A DNA stretch of 64,000 nt from a virus (IMGVR_UViG_3300045284_000065:1-64000); one strand, 5' to 3'; positions 43,840 to 53,507 are shown, counted from the stretch's first letter. Numbers and translations are program-made. The notes: a model not told the origin generated them from the sequence alone.

Positions 43840-44771
43840 ATCCCGAGTCTACGTGTACTGGCCCATGACGCCAGCAATAACTCATCGTCGGCAACATCGC
43901 CTACGTCCTTCGCTGCAGCACCATCCTCATCAACCAGGCCGTCGTAGCGCCAGGGGACCACAGCGCAGCCGCCGCGGCGCAGCATCGGAGCCAGAATCTC
44001 GGCTCCGTCGTGACCGGCCTTGTCGTTGTCGAGGGCCAGGTAGACGGTGGAGAAGGCCAGAGCGAGAAGACGCGCCTGGTCCTTCGACACCCAGGCTCCA
44101 AGTGCAGCGACGGCTGGGATGCCCAGCCCGAAGAGACGCACCGCATCGAGGGGTGATTCAACGAGTACTGCCTGGTCATGGCTCTCGATGAGAGAGTAAC
44201 CGAACAGAGTCGTGGACTTGGGGACCCCCTCGGGGAGGGTTAACACACTGCCCGCCTGTCGGTACTGGGCACCGAGCAACTCACCGTCCGGTGTCCTGAT
44301 GGGCAGGATCACCTGCTTGGTGTCGGGTGAGTACCTCACTCCATATGCGTCTATGGCTTCTCGTCGTAGAAACCGACGCTCCAGGAACCTCCGGGGCACG
44401 TCCTTGAAGACGTTGAAGAGGGTGAAGTCGGTCAGCCGGTGGAGGAGGGGGGCCACCACCTTGATCGGATCGGCGCGGGCCTCGTCCCAGCGGCGCACCA
44501 GCGACTGGTGCTTGAGATCCATCTCCAGGTCCTCGGGGGCATATCCCAATATGTCAGTGTGCAGGCCGGTGAGGGTGCCCGAGTAGCCGCAGGCGAAGCA
44601 GTGGTGCAGGAACGTGTGCTTGTTGATCGACCAGGAGGGGTGAACGTCTGGCTTGCCCGTGCGTTCCTCATGCATCGGGCACGCGCCCGATATCTCCTTC
44701 GTCCCATCGCGTAGGCGTTGGACTCCCAGGTCTTCCAGGACTTGGAACAGGTCAATATCAGTTGAGTTCAT
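43836..44771 (-). CDS. dnaG: DnaG-type primase (CHC2 zinc finger + TOPRIM)
   Basis: CPMH...CFAC; LVESPLDA; LALDNDKAG; KDVGD. Confidence 0.9.
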   Translation of the reverse strand: MNSTDIDLFQVLEDLGVQRLRDGTKEISGACPMHEERTGKPDVHPSWSINKHTFLHHCFACGYSGTLTGLHTDILGYAPEDLEMDLKHQSLVRRWDEARADPIKVVAPLLHRLTDFTLFNVFKDVPRRFLERRFLRREAIDAYGVRYSPDTKQVILPIRTPDGELLGAQYRQAGSVLTLPEGVPKSTTLFGYSLIESHDQAVLVESPLDAVRLFGLGIPAVAALGAWVSKDQARLLALAFSTVYLALDNDKAGHDGAEILAPMLRRGGCAVVPWRYDGLVDEDGAAAKDVGDVADDELLLASWASTRRLGM

Positions 44772-46023
44772 GCTGCAAGTCCTTGGACTCGGGGAGGATC
44801 TCGTCAACACGGCCCTTCGACCAGTTCCAGCGGAGGATCGTCTCGGCGCGGGGGCCGGAACGAGAGGCGAGCACCTTCATGCGGATGGTGACGGCACCAT
44901 GATCAGACTCCTCGGGGTCGTCGCGCTCGACCCCGAGCAGGACATCGGCTGACTGGCCGAAGGCCTGTGTGTACATCGGGGAGAACATCGTCAGCCCTCC
45001 CTTGGAACGTGTCATCGTGGCCTGGGTGGTCCCGATGATCGGGATGGACTGGGACTGCGCCAGTTCCTTCAACCCGCGTGCAATCTCGGTCAGCGCCTGG
45101 GCTGACCCCTGTTCGATCTTCGGTGTCTCGGAGCGCATGAGGTAGAGCGCATCAACGAGCACCACGTCGGGGCGGTAGTCCATGATCTTGGCCTGCAACC
45201 CGGAGATGGTCATGCCCGACAGGTCAGCCGAGGTGATGAACGAGCGGCCCGACTCCAGCCGCCGCAGGGCCTTGTCGATCTGGAGGTACTCACGGTTGTT
45301 GATCGTCCCGTTGAGGATGCCGGTGAGTGACACCTCGCCATAGAGCGCCATCAAGCGGTCGTGCTGCTCCTGGTTGGACATCTCGAAGCCGATGAACAGA
45401 GGCACGCGACCGGAGGAGTGGATGTTCTTCGCCATCGCCAGCAGGGTGGCGCTCTTGAACGCCTTGGGCAGGCCGATCATCACGATGAACTGCTCGGGCT
45501 GCAGCCCACCCGTGACGTAGTCGATGCCGTTGAAGCCAGTCGGGATGCCACGCAGAAAGCCGGGGTCGGAGCGGCGATCCTCCACCACATCCATCAGGCT
45601 GGTGCGCTGGGTGGTGAGGTCGGAGTCGAGGGCCGGGTTCGTCTCGCGGGCCACCTGCATCAAGCCGTGCTTGATCACGTCGAACATGGCGTCGAGCGAG
45701 TCGGGGGAATCCGTGGTGTTGAGCAGGGTGATGGCCTCGGTCAGCATCTCGGTGCCGAGAGAGCGCTTGCGGCGCTGACGCAGACCATCGAGGAAGAAGG
45801 CCAGGGGCAGGGGAGAGACGGGCCACTCGAAGGAGGGGAACTTGTCGCGCATCACCTCCAGGTCGGCGGGCTGGCCGTACGTTCGCCAATGCTCGGTGAG
45901 ATATTCGTAGACCCGGCGATACCTGTCGTCGGTGAAGAACTCCGGGGTGATCTTGCCCGCCACGGCCACGGCGATGGCCTGTTCGTGGATGATCTTCGCC
46001 AACAGCCCCCGCTGTACGTCCAT
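44758..46023 (-). CDS. dnaB: DnaB-like replicative helicase
   Basis: GIPTGF..ID..TGGLQ, FEM, LVDALYLM, LKELA, QSAD; atypical Walker A GLPKAFKS. Confidence 0.85.
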   Translation of the reverse strand: MDVQRGLLAKIIHEQAIAVAVAGKITPEFFTDDRYRRVYEYLTEHWRTYGQPADLEVMRDKFPSFEWPVSPLPLAFFLDGLRQRRKRSLGTEMLTEAITLLNTTDSPDSLDAMFDVIKHGLMQVARETNPALDSDLTTQRTSLMDVVEDRRSDPGFLRGIPTGFNGIDYVTGGLQPEQFIVMIGLPKAFKSATLLAMAKNIHSSGRVPLFIGFEMSNQEQHDRLMALYGEVSLTGILNGTINNREYLQIDKALRRLESGRSFITSADLSGMTISGLQAKIMDYRPDVVLVDALYLMRSETPKIEQGSAQALTEIARGLKELAQSQSIPIIGTTQATMTRSKGGLTMFSPMYTQAFGQSADVLLGVERDDPEESDHGAVTIRMKVLASRSGPRAETILRWNWSKGRVDEILPESKDLQHELN

Positions 46024-46024
46024 G

Positions 46025-46450
46025 TCAGGTGTAGTCCTCTCCCCGGATCACTTCACGACCAAGCTGGCCGTAGCGATCAAGGCGTTGTGGGTCGGAGTCG
46101 TAAACGACCTGCAGACCTTCTCGATACGGCAGCAAGGAGCAGAACTGATCGAGAGAAACGTACTGCAGTGAGTCGTAGGGCAAGGGCATGGCGTCGAGGA
46201 ACGCAGCTGCCTGGTCGGCAGCCTCGTCGCTGATGAACGTGACGATCTCGGCCCCGAAGTCGGGGAAGCGCCGCTTGTTGGTGGCGAGGCGGCGCAGTGG
46301 CACATCAAGCCAGTGCCAGTGGGAGGTGAAGTGGGGGTGGCTCCAGCGGTGACGCTTGTCGCCCTCCACCGTCTCGACGGTGACGAGCACGCCCTCCAGA
46401 ACGACGATGTAGTGCGGCCTCACCGAGACCGCTAAGTCACCGTGCTCCAT
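46025..46450 (-). CDS. Degenerate HAD-fold-like hypothetical protein
   Basis: IVVLEGVL...IVTF...VYDSDP. Confidence 0.55.
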   Translation of the reverse strand: MEHGDLAVSVRPHYIVVLEGVLVTVETVEGDKRHRWSHPHFTSHWHWLDVPLRRLATNKRRFPDFGAEIVTFISDEAADQAAAFLDAMPLPYDSLQYVSLDQFCSLLPYREGLQVVYDSDPQRLDRYGQLGREVIRGEDYT

Positions 46451-46622
46451 GGCGAACGCGTAGAAGGGTCATCGGCAGCTGCTCCCATAGCTTGATTGGA
46501 TTGTGCCCCAGTCCGTCCCCCCGATGAGGTTCCGCTTCAGCGAAGCCTCATCGGTACCCCCCACCGGGGGGCCGAGCTATGGGACTCGGAACCGTAATAC
46601 ATCGCGCGTGCGGGCGCAACCA

Positions 46623-47675
46623 TCAACCATGCTTGCGGTTCCAGGGCAGCGTCCATCCGGCCACGCGGTAGTCCTCGGGGTCACCGATCTCGCCCTCAGG
46701 CAGGGCTTCAATGCGGGCGCGCGCTGCGTCGATCAGGGGCTGCTCGGCAGCCAGCTTCGACTCCAACCGGTCCACGATGCGCTGGTTCTCCTCGCGCCGC
46801 GCCCGGTCGATCGCCGGGTCAGCGACCGCCGTGCTGCCCCACCACCCGGTGAACAGCTGCCACGGGGTCTGGCCCTCGCGCAGGTCCAAGGTTGAGCCGG
46901 GTGCCATCAAGTCCTCGAAGAAGGCGTCGAAGTAGGCCTCGACGTACTCGGGGCTGTAGCCCTTGGCGAGGAACTGGCTGCGGATGTACCCGATCGCTGG
47001 GCCGCGGTGCATCACCCGGTGCTCGCGCCAGTGCGGGTACTGGGCGAGGATCTCCGTGAACCACAGCGTCTCGAACCGGGTCGCCAGCTGGGTGGCCGGG
47101 TCGGTGGTGACCGTGGCGGTCCCCTGGGCTGCGGTGGGATCGTCCCCGATCACCCCGGAGGGGTTCAAGTCCCCTTGATGTTCGCGTTCGTACTTCAAGT
47201 TGGGCCTCCCCTGATCGCACTCGCGGTGGACTGGAAGCTTGCCGTGGAGCCAGCCCTCCTTGGGCTGGACGGGGAAGGTGCAGACACAACAGGGTCCTGA
47301 CCAGCGGTTGGGCTTCCTGAGGGCCGGAGGCCCATACGACGACGAGTTCTTCTCCGTAGGAGAAGAACGTTTCTTTTCAGTCTCATTTGAGACACCTTCT
47401 GAGACACCCAGCAGCAGGTAGGAGTAGCTGTTCTGGCCCCGGCTGGTGACCCTCGGGGTGCGGCTGATCAGGCCTGCGGACTCGGCTCGGACCAGCAGGC
47501 GCGCCACCGTGGGCACAGGGATCTGAGTGCGACGCGCTAGCTCCCGGATCGACGGGTAGGGGTCGGGCAGGTACTTCGCCAGCGCCCGCAGGATGGTCTG
47601 CATGCGCTTCCAGGTCTGCGCCGGTATCTCACTCGGTCGCTTGATGCTGCTGATCTGGACTGCTACTGTTGCCAC
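46623..47675 (-). CDS. N-terminal winged-HTH protein, replication-initiator-like
   Basis: YPSIRELARRTQIPVPTVARLL...GLI.R...NSY; upstream of dnaB/dnaG. Confidence 0.65.
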   Translation of the reverse strand: MATVAVQISSIKRPSEIPAQTWKRMQTILRALAKYLPDPYPSIRELARRTQIPVPTVARLLVRAESAGLISRTPRVTSRGQNSYSYLLLGVSEGVSNETEKKRSSPTEKNSSSYGPPALRKPNRWSGPCCVCTFPVQPKEGWLHGKLPVHRECDQGRPNLKYEREHQGDLNPSGVIGDDPTAAQGTATVTTDPATQLATRFETLWFTEILAQYPHWREHRVMHRGPAIGYIRSQFLAKGYSPEYVEAYFDAFFEDLMAPGSTLDLREGQTPWQLFTGWWGSTAVADPAIDRARREENQRIVDRLESKLAAEQPLIDAARARIEALPEGEIGDPEDYRVAGWTLPWNRKHG

Positions 47676-47721
47676 GGCGTAACCCCTCTCGACGCTCCAA
47701 CGACCGAGAGTAGTACACGCG

Positions 47722-47749
47722 AAGAGGCCCCCCGGAAGGGGGGCCTCTT
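47722..47749 (-). terminator. Intrinsic terminator-like hairpin
   Basis: AAGAGGCCCCCC-GGAA-GGGGGGCCTCTT 12-bp stem. Confidence 0.7.
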
Positions 47750-47766
47750 GACGTTGGGGGGATGAA

Positions 47767-47994
47767 CTACCCCCAGCGCTCCTGATGCTTCGCCAGGCGC
47801 ATCTGCAGCCGGTAGGCGATGGAGTCGTTCCAGCCCGACAGGTGGTCGACCAGCTTGGCCAGATCGTCGGCGCTGAACGCCACTCGGATCATCGGCTCGC
47901 CGTCGTCACCGTTGGTGGACGGAGGGGGTGGTGCCGGTGCCGGGACCTTCTTGGCGATGGTCTTGGAAGGGGCCTTCTTGGTTGCTGTTGGCAT
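47767..47994 (-). CDS. Hypothetical protein
   Basis: K/P-rich N-terminus plus small domain. Confidence 0.65.
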   Translation of the reverse strand: MPTATKKAPSKTIAKKVPAPAPPPPSTNGDDGEPMIRVAFSADDLAKLVDHLSGWNDSIAYRLQMRLAKHQERWG

Positions 47995-47995
47995 A

Positions 47996-48466
47996 TCAGG
48001 ATATCCTAGCCACCACTGGCCTTGCCGTCACCCGCTCCAAGAAGGCAGCGAGGCACTCATCGAAGCGCTCTGCATCATCCCGGCTGAACCGCTGTTGTGT
48101 CCGACTCCCCCGCAGCGGCCCCCGCTCACAGCACAGCGTGAACCCGCCCGAGATAGGCCAGGCGTGGATGCCCTCGCTGACCTCACACAGCCAGTGGTCA
48201 CCGCCCTTGATGTCCTTGGACTGCAGGAACTCGCCCATCTGTTCGGTCAGGGCGCTATCCCAGGCGAAGAGATCCAGGCAGTACTGGATGAACCCAGCGA
48301 TGAGCTTCAACTCCTTCGCAGGCCGGACAACGATGTCCTTGATGGGCCACTTCGCCCAGGGCAACCCCAAGCACACCTTGCAGTCCACCTTCGCGAAGTC
48401 AGTGGTGACATTGGTGCTTCCGTTGCACAGTGACTGGCGAACGCCGATGTGAGTCCTTGTACTCAC
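47996..48466 (-). CDS. Hypothetical protein
   Basis: GTGA coupling; H...LC...VDCKVC. Confidence 0.55.
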   Translation of the reverse strand: MSTRTHIGVRQSLCNGSTNVTTDFAKVDCKVCLGLPWAKWPIKDIVVRPAKELKLIAGFIQYCLDLFAWDSALTEQMGEFLQSKDIKGGDHWLCEVSEGIHAWPISGGFTLCCERGPLRGSRTQQRFSRDDAERFDECLAAFLERVTARPVVARIS

Positions 48467-48588
48467 TCGTCGTCCCACATCTCGTCGTCGTCGGCCATCT
48501 CCTGGGCCTTGGTCGCCAGCCACTCGTAGTCGCTACGGGTGGCGTCCGGTCCCATCATGTCGATGATGTCGAATCCGTTCTTGATCAT
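48463..48588 (-). CDS. 41-aa acidic peptide
   Basis: MIKNGFDIIDMMG..., AAGGGA RBS; read by hand. Confidence 0.55.
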   Translation of the reverse strand: MIKNGFDIIDMMGPDATRSDYEWLATKAQEMADDDEMWDDE

Positions 48589-48658
48589 TGCTGGTCCCTT
48601 TCAGGGGTTCGGTGGGTGGTAAGTGGCGGCGGGTCGCCAGCGCGACCCGCCACCTGAG

Positions 48659-49237
48659 CTAGATGGTCTGGAGGGTGTTCCGCATCAGGTTGATGCGATT
48701 GATGAAGGTCACGACCGCCGCGTCGAGCGAGCGGACCACGGAGCGCAGGGCCACCGGACGGATCCCGGCGATGTCGCTGCGATAGCGGGTCAGCATCGTG
48801 AAGTACCCGTCCAGCTGGCTGATCTTGGGCTGGATCATCGTGCGGTTCATGCGGTTGGCGCGGATCCCCGGGATGAACTCGGTGACGATGTTGCGGAGCA
48901 TCGGCTTGATGTCCTCATGCAGCGTCGACAGGATGCAGTGGGCGATGTAGATGCCCGAGGCCAGCTGGCGCTGTGCGACCGTCATGGTCGGCCAGGTGGC
49001 GATGCTCCACACCGAGCCACGGCCGCGCTGCCATGTGCCGATGGTGTACAGGGCTGTCTCCGGGGTGACCCCCGAGGCAACCGTCCGATACTCCTGCAGC
49101 CAGCCCGACGCCGTGGGGGTGTCGACCCCGGCGTAGACGGCCAACTCCGATGCTGTGAACTCCAGCTTCAACGGCGTCTGCGTGACGCAATCCAACAGGA
49201 AGCCTTCGACGTTCGATGTAGCCTGTCGATAACTCAT
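48659..49237 (-). CDS. Hypothetical protein with HTH-like N-terminus
   Basis: FTASELAVYAGVDTPTASGWLQ; GGAG RBS. Confidence 0.6.
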   Translation of the reverse strand: MSYRQATSNVEGFLLDCVTQTPLKLEFTASELAVYAGVDTPTASGWLQEYRTVASGVTPETALYTIGTWQRGRGSVWSIATWPTMTVAQRQLASGIYIAHCILSTLHEDIKPMLRNIVTEFIPGIRANRMNRTMIQPKISQLDGYFTMLTRYRSDIAGIRPVALRSVVRSLDAAVVTFINRINLMRNTLQTI

Positions 49238-49274
49238 TACAACTGCTTTCTCCGGTCCCCCGGTGTTTGGTGGT

Positions 49275-49309
49275 GAACAGGGCGGGGGTTGCAGCCCCCG
49301 CCCTTGTTC
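49275..49309 (-). terminator. Hairpin downstream of 49314-50315
   Basis: GGGCGGGGG-TTGCAG-CCCCCGCCC flanked by GAACA/TGTTC. Confidence 0.55.
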
Positions 49310-49313
49310 GTGG

Positions 49314-50315
49314 TCAGCCCGCCTGGGACAGGAAGGCTTGGATCTCCGCGTCGGTCGCGGTGGGTGTGCGGAGCAGCCGGATGAACTCCACCCGCTGCTG
49401 GATGTTGTCGACGCGGCCGTCGACCGCCTCGCCCTCGCCCGGCGCGAAGCCGAACTTGCGGTAGTACGAGGACGCTGCACCGAGGGTGCGATCGACATCA
49501 GCGAGCAACTCCAGACCGGGGGTCGGAGTGAACGGGCTGGCGACATCCTGGGCCAGGGCATCGACGGCCTTGGCCGTGTTGGTCAGCTGGTCCATCGAAG
49601 CGTTGAACGCAGCGACCTCCTCGGGGGTGTCGTTGTCGTGCTGGGCGTTGTGGAGGTCACGCAGCTGCTGCTTGCGGCTCTCCAGGTAGGCGTTCTCCAG
49701 CGTCTTGGGGTCGACCCCGGCCGCGATCTCGGTGGGCGAGGAAGCAGCGAGGGCACCCTTGCGGTCGGCCGCGGTCGGCTCACGACCGGGGACGTTCGGC
49801 TGGCGCTTCAACGCCATGCGGACATCGTTGGCCGCGACGAGGAAGCCCTTGGTGCGGGACTCCACGCGGGTGACCGCCTTGGCCCACGCATCGGCATCGA
49901 TGCCACGCGGCTTGGACGCAGCCTCGCCGCGGGCGATTGCCGCCAGCGCCGCCAGCACCTTGCCTCCCTCGGTCTTGGGGCTGCCCGCCTCCTGGTGGGT
50001 GCGGTACGCCGCCTCGTTGAAGCGGTCGGAGGGTGCCCACGCCACAGCGGTGTCCCGCAGATGGCGCAGAGAGTCCTGGGAGTACTGCTCACCCACGGGG
50101 GTGGTCACCCCCTCCTTGCCCAACCGCTTGGCGAGAGCGGAGAGACGCTCAGGAACCGAGCCACCTTCTCCACTCGCGGGGAGAAGGTCTGAGCGCTTGC
50201 CGCTCTGCTCCTCGGGCACATGGGCGAGCACGGCGTCAGCCAGTCCCCAGGTGTCCTTCGTGTCGTCGGTGACGAGCCGGGTGGCGGCTCGCACGACTTG
50301 GTCATAGGTGGTCAT
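49314..50315 (-). CDS. Hypothetical helical protein
   Basis: AAGGAG RBS before MTTYDQVV. Confidence 0.75.
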   Translation of the reverse strand: MTTYDQVVRAATRLVTDDTKDTWGLADAVLAHVPEEQSGKRSDLLPASGEGGSVPERLSALAKRLGKEGVTTPVGEQYSQDSLRHLRDTAVAWAPSDRFNEAAYRTHQEAGSPKTEGGKVLAALAAIARGEAASKPRGIDADAWAKAVTRVESRTKGFLVAANDVRMALKRQPNVPGREPTAADRKGALAASSPTEIAAGVDPKTLENAYLESRKQQLRDLHNAQHDNDTPEEVAAFNASMDQLTNTAKAVDALAQDVASPFTPTPGLELLADVDRTLGAASSYYRKFGFAPGEGEAVDGRVDNIQQRVEFIRLLRTPTATDAEIQAFLSQAG

Positions 50316-50346
50316 TGGTCGGTGTCTCCTTGGTTGAGAGGGATGG

Positions 50347-50553
50347 TCAGAAGTGGCGTTGGATGTAGGTGTCGAGGCGACGGCGGCAGATGCGGAGCGT
50401 CTTCTCCAGGTCCAGGTCCCGGTGCTTGCGGCCTTTGAGGACATCGAGCGAGTTCACGATCTGCGCCAGGGTGATGTCGAGGATGTTGAGGGTCAGCTGA
50501 TCCTCCACGCTCTCGATCGCCGGGGCGAAGTCGTCCTCGTCTGCCGATGTCAT
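50347..50553 (-). CDS. Hypothetical protein
   Basis: TGATG coupling. Confidence 0.6.
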   Translation of the reverse strand: MTSADEDDFAPAIESVEDQLTLNILDITLAQIVNSLDVLKGRKHRDLDLEKTLRICRRRLDTYIQRHF

Positions 50554-50729
50554 CAGACCTTCTTCGCCCGCTTGGTGTTCGTGGCGAGGGTCGCCTTGCT
50601 CAACTGCTTGCCCTGCCAGTCGGTGTAGCGCGCCCGGAACTTGAAGGTGATCGGGTCCTGCTCAGGGAGCAGGTTCAGTAGGTGCAGCACGTCCTCCTCG
50701 GTCAAGGCCATCCGAATGTATTGGTCCAT
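50553..50729 (-). CDS. 58-aa protein, apparent paralog of 47767-47994
   Basis: YIRMALTEEDVLHLLNLL vs MIRVAFSADDLAKLVDHL. Confidence 0.55.
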   Translation of the reverse strand: MDQYIRMALTEEDVLHLLNLLPEQDPITFKFRARYTDWQGKQLSKATLATNTKRAKKV

Positions 50730-50812
50730 GGATGAGAACCCTATCGGATCTCAACACGGGATGCAACCAACAACTTGTGATTTCTTCGTTGAGGTGTGCT
50801 AGACCCATAGAC

Positions 50813-51079
50813 ATGTATGCCCTCGGTGTTACCTCGGTTTGGCTCGCTGTCGTTCTCGCTGAGAACTGGATCGAGGTGCCAAGTTGGGCCTGGCGTGCCA
50901 TCGCTGGCGTCCTAGGAGTCGGCTGGATATGCCTATATGACCCCAGCCACTGGTGGTTGGGGGTCGGGATCGGAGGTGCCGCCGTCGTCTTGGCCATGGC
51001 TACTGACTTACTGATGGTGCTCACCGACTGGGTTAGAGTGCAGGTCCTCAACCGAACCGGGCCAAGGAGGCCATTGTGA
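50813..51079 (+). CDS. Small membrane protein
   Basis: Three hydrophobic segments; coupled to next gene. Confidence 0.6.
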   Translation: MYALGVTSVWLAVVLAENWIEVPSWAWRAIAGVLGVGWICLYDPSHWWLGVGIGGAAVVLAMATDLLMVLTDWVRVQVLNRTGPRRPL

Positions 51080-51915
51080 CCATGCACGTAGTACTAGGGA
51101 ACGGCGAGATGCCGACCCGTGAGTTGACCGCCTCGCTGGAGGACCTGAAGGCCTCGGCGCAGCAGGAGCAGGACAACTTCTGGTTTCTGATCCAGGCCAA
51201 GAGCGAGCCGAACGCCACCGACCGGGCGCTGGTCAACTGGCTCATCAAGAACGAGGCCTGGTACGCCATCATCTCGGACGGCACCGATGTCGACCCGATG
51301 TACCTGGCCGAGTCCCAGGAGACGCACACCGCCAAGCGCATGGCCCCCAAGGTCGTGGAGTTGATGAATGCGGGACCGGAAGAGGGCGAGGGTGCCCAGC
51401 TGCTGGCCCTGTTCGTCAGCGACGACTTCTCCGACCCGGCCGACGCCTGGCTCAACGACGTGGGCGCTGCTGTACAGGAGGCTGGCTTCGAGGTGCGCGC
51501 GCTGAACGACGGCCTCGTCGTGGTCGACATGAGCGATGTCGAGCCTGACGAGGTGGTCGACGAGGACGAGGAGGAGTTGGAGGCCGAGGAGCAGTCCCTG
51601 GCCGAGCAGCTGGACGAGATGAACCGCGAGGAACTGATCGCCTTCGCTCAGTCCAAGGGCGTCACCTTCCCGCCGCGGACCCGCATCCCCACGATGATCG
51701 CCACCCTGCTCGCCAAGACGGACGGTGCCGCCGCGGTCGAGGAACCGCTGGAGGATGAGACGGCACCAGAGACGCCAGCGCTGGCCTCAGTGAGCACCCT
51801 GGCCCCCTCGGTGCCAGGCCTGTCGGCCCCGGCAATGGTCATCGTCATCATGAACGGGACGGTCACGGCGCGGATCGCCACGCCTGAGATGGCCGAGGCT
51901 CTGATCAACGCCTGA
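51076..51915 (+). CDS. Acidic protein with Rossmann-like N-terminus and Rho-N/SAP-like helical motif
   Basis: HVVLGNG; LDEMNREELIAFAQSKGV...MIATL. Confidence 0.7.
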   Translation: MTMHVVLGNGEMPTRELTASLEDLKASAQQEQDNFWFLIQAKSEPNATDRALVNWLIKNEAWYAIISDGTDVDPMYLAESQETHTAKRMAPKVVELMNAGPEEGEGAQLLALFVSDDFSDPADAWLNDVGAAVQEAGFEVRALNDGLVVVDMSDVEPDEVVDEDEEELEAEEQSLAEQLDEMNREELIAFAQSKGVTFPPRTRIPTMIATLLAKTDGAAAVEEPLEDETAPETPALASVSTLAPSVPGLSAPAMVIVIMNGTVTARIATPEMAEALINA

Positions 51916-52031
51916 CGTTGACACATTCTGTAGAGTGAGTGCCACCAGTCAAACGGCTGGCGGCGAGGGAGAGATTCCGCCCTCTTCCTCCGGGGTGGGG
52001 AGGTTGGTCCGCCGCTGACCTCCCCACCTGC

Positions 52032-53507
52032 TCACGGCCAGGGCGAGATGACGTTCTGAGTGCTGGGTGCTGCTGCCGTGAGGTACGGCAGGACAGTCGG
52101 GGTGGGGGACCAGGGCACCAGGGGCCGAGACTCGTTCCACATCGGGTCCTCCGGGTAGAGCACGTCGAGGTGGCCGTGGACCGGGATCCCAGCCGGGACC
52201 CACTGGTAGGCCAGCCCCTGCAGCGCCGCCTCGTCGTCGGTCAGCGGCGACGAGGCGTCGACCTTCCAGGCGAACAGCCGACCGAAGGTGGAGTTGCGGA
52301 GGTTGTACCAGCAGCTGTAGCTGGCGTGGCGGTTGGACGTGCCGCCGTACCAGCTGAAGTCCTCGCGCGCCCCGTACGTGGTGTCGCCGTCGAAGTAGGG
52401 CCAGTCGTTGCCGTTGTCGGGCAGGTTCCCCGGCTCCACGCACACCTGGTCGATGTCGAAGACCCCGGTGGTCAGGGTGGCGTCATACGGCTCGTACTCC
52501 AGGCGCAGCATCCCCGACACCGCCTCGCCAGGATCGCGCATGGTGCGGATGTGGGTGAAGCCTGCGCCGATCAGCCACGACGGAGTCGTCTCACCGTCGC
52601 GCAGCGTCTCGTAGCCCCAGTTGGCCATTGACACCCGGTAGTCGTCGTCCCAGGTGATCAGGCCCAGCTTCAGGACACCAGCGCCGCGCACCTGCATCTG
52701 GATCGTCAGGCCTGGTTCGCGGCGACGGCGGTAGGTCAGCGGGAAGACGTTGCTCTCCAGGATCAGGGGGGTGCCTCCGGTGACACGACCGCAGTTGTTG
52801 CCCGCCCCCGGAGGGGGGTCACCGACGAGAGCGATCGACCCATTGGTGCGCCAGAAGTTCGTCGTCAACTCGAAGCTCGGGTTGGCGATCAGGTTGAGCC
52901 GCTGCGGGTAGATCCAGACGTGCTGGGTGCGCGCCGTCTCGAAGGGGATCGGCGTCCGCTCGATCAGCAGCGTGCCCTCGACAGCGTTGGGCATGGTCCC
53001 GGCGTCAGCACCGGCAGACACGTCATCCCAGTAGAACAGCACCCGCTTGTTCGACAGGGTGGCGTCGACAGCCGGGACCACGCCATCGTTGGCGTGCATC
53101 AGGGGGTTGCCGAGGAACGTGCTGTCGGTGACGAACATCAGGTCGTCCAGCGACGATGATCCCTTGTCGAGAGCGAAGCCGACTGCGGCCACTGGTGTCG
53201 TCGGCGTCCCCGGAGGGATCACGAAGCGGGAGGAGACGGCGATCTCGGCCACGTTGCGGGTCGTCCCGGCAGCCTTGGTGATCGTCACCGGCAGGGACGG
53301 ACCCACGACGTAGGTGCTGCCCCAGCCCAGCATGTTCTTCAGCGTGTCGACCTTGTTGATACCGGCATATGCCGTAGTCGTCGGGAGGTTCTCGCCCTCG
53401 CCCGAGATCAGCGCCGGAGCCTGTGGAAACAGGTACAGCTGGACACTGGCCCCGGCCCACCCGGCCTTGAGAGTGGAGAGGAACTGCGAGGTGAAGTAGT
53501 AACTCAC
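52032..53507 (-). CDS. Virion structural (minor tail/baseplate) protein with carbohydrate-binding-like domain
   Basis: RLNLIANPSFE; PYFDG; last gene of baseplate operon. Confidence 0.7.
   Translation of the reverse strand: MSYYFTSQFLSTLKAGWAGASVQLYLFPQAPALISGEGENLPTTTAYAGINKVDTLKNMLGWGSTYVVGPSLPVTITKAAGTTRNVAEIAVSSRFVIPPGTPTTPVAAVGFALDKGSSSLDDLMFVTDSTFLGNPLMHANDGVVPAVDATLSNKRVLFYWDDVSAGADAGTMPNAVEGTLLIERTPIPFETARTQHVWIYPQRLNLIANPSFELTTNFWRTNGSIALVGDPPPGAGNNCGRVTGGTPLILESNVFPLTYRRRREPGLTIQMQVRGAGVLKLGLITWDDDYRVSMANWGYETLRDGETTPSWLIGAGFTHIRTMRDPGEAVSGMLRLEYEPYDATLTTGVFDIDQVCVEPGNLPDNGNDWPYFDGDTTYGAREDFSWYGGTSNRHASYSCWYNLRNSTFGRLFAWKVDASSPLTDDEAALQGLAYQWVPAGIPVHGHLDVLYPEDPMWNESRPLVPWSPTPTVLPYLTAAAPSTQNVISPWP

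Noticed and set aside
44741-45008. Two reverse-orientation octamers marking a polarity switch
   Set aside because: Two copies are too close to chance expectation to support a claim
35061-46023. Inteins or introns in recA, polA, dnaB or the SNF2 helicase
   Set aside because: Proteins are of compact length with contiguous motifs; no intein C/HN boundaries seen
46451-46622. tRNA or other known ncRNA in intergenic gaps
   Set aside because: No cloverleaf, T-loop or CCA signature recognised by eye; tRNAscan/Infernal not run
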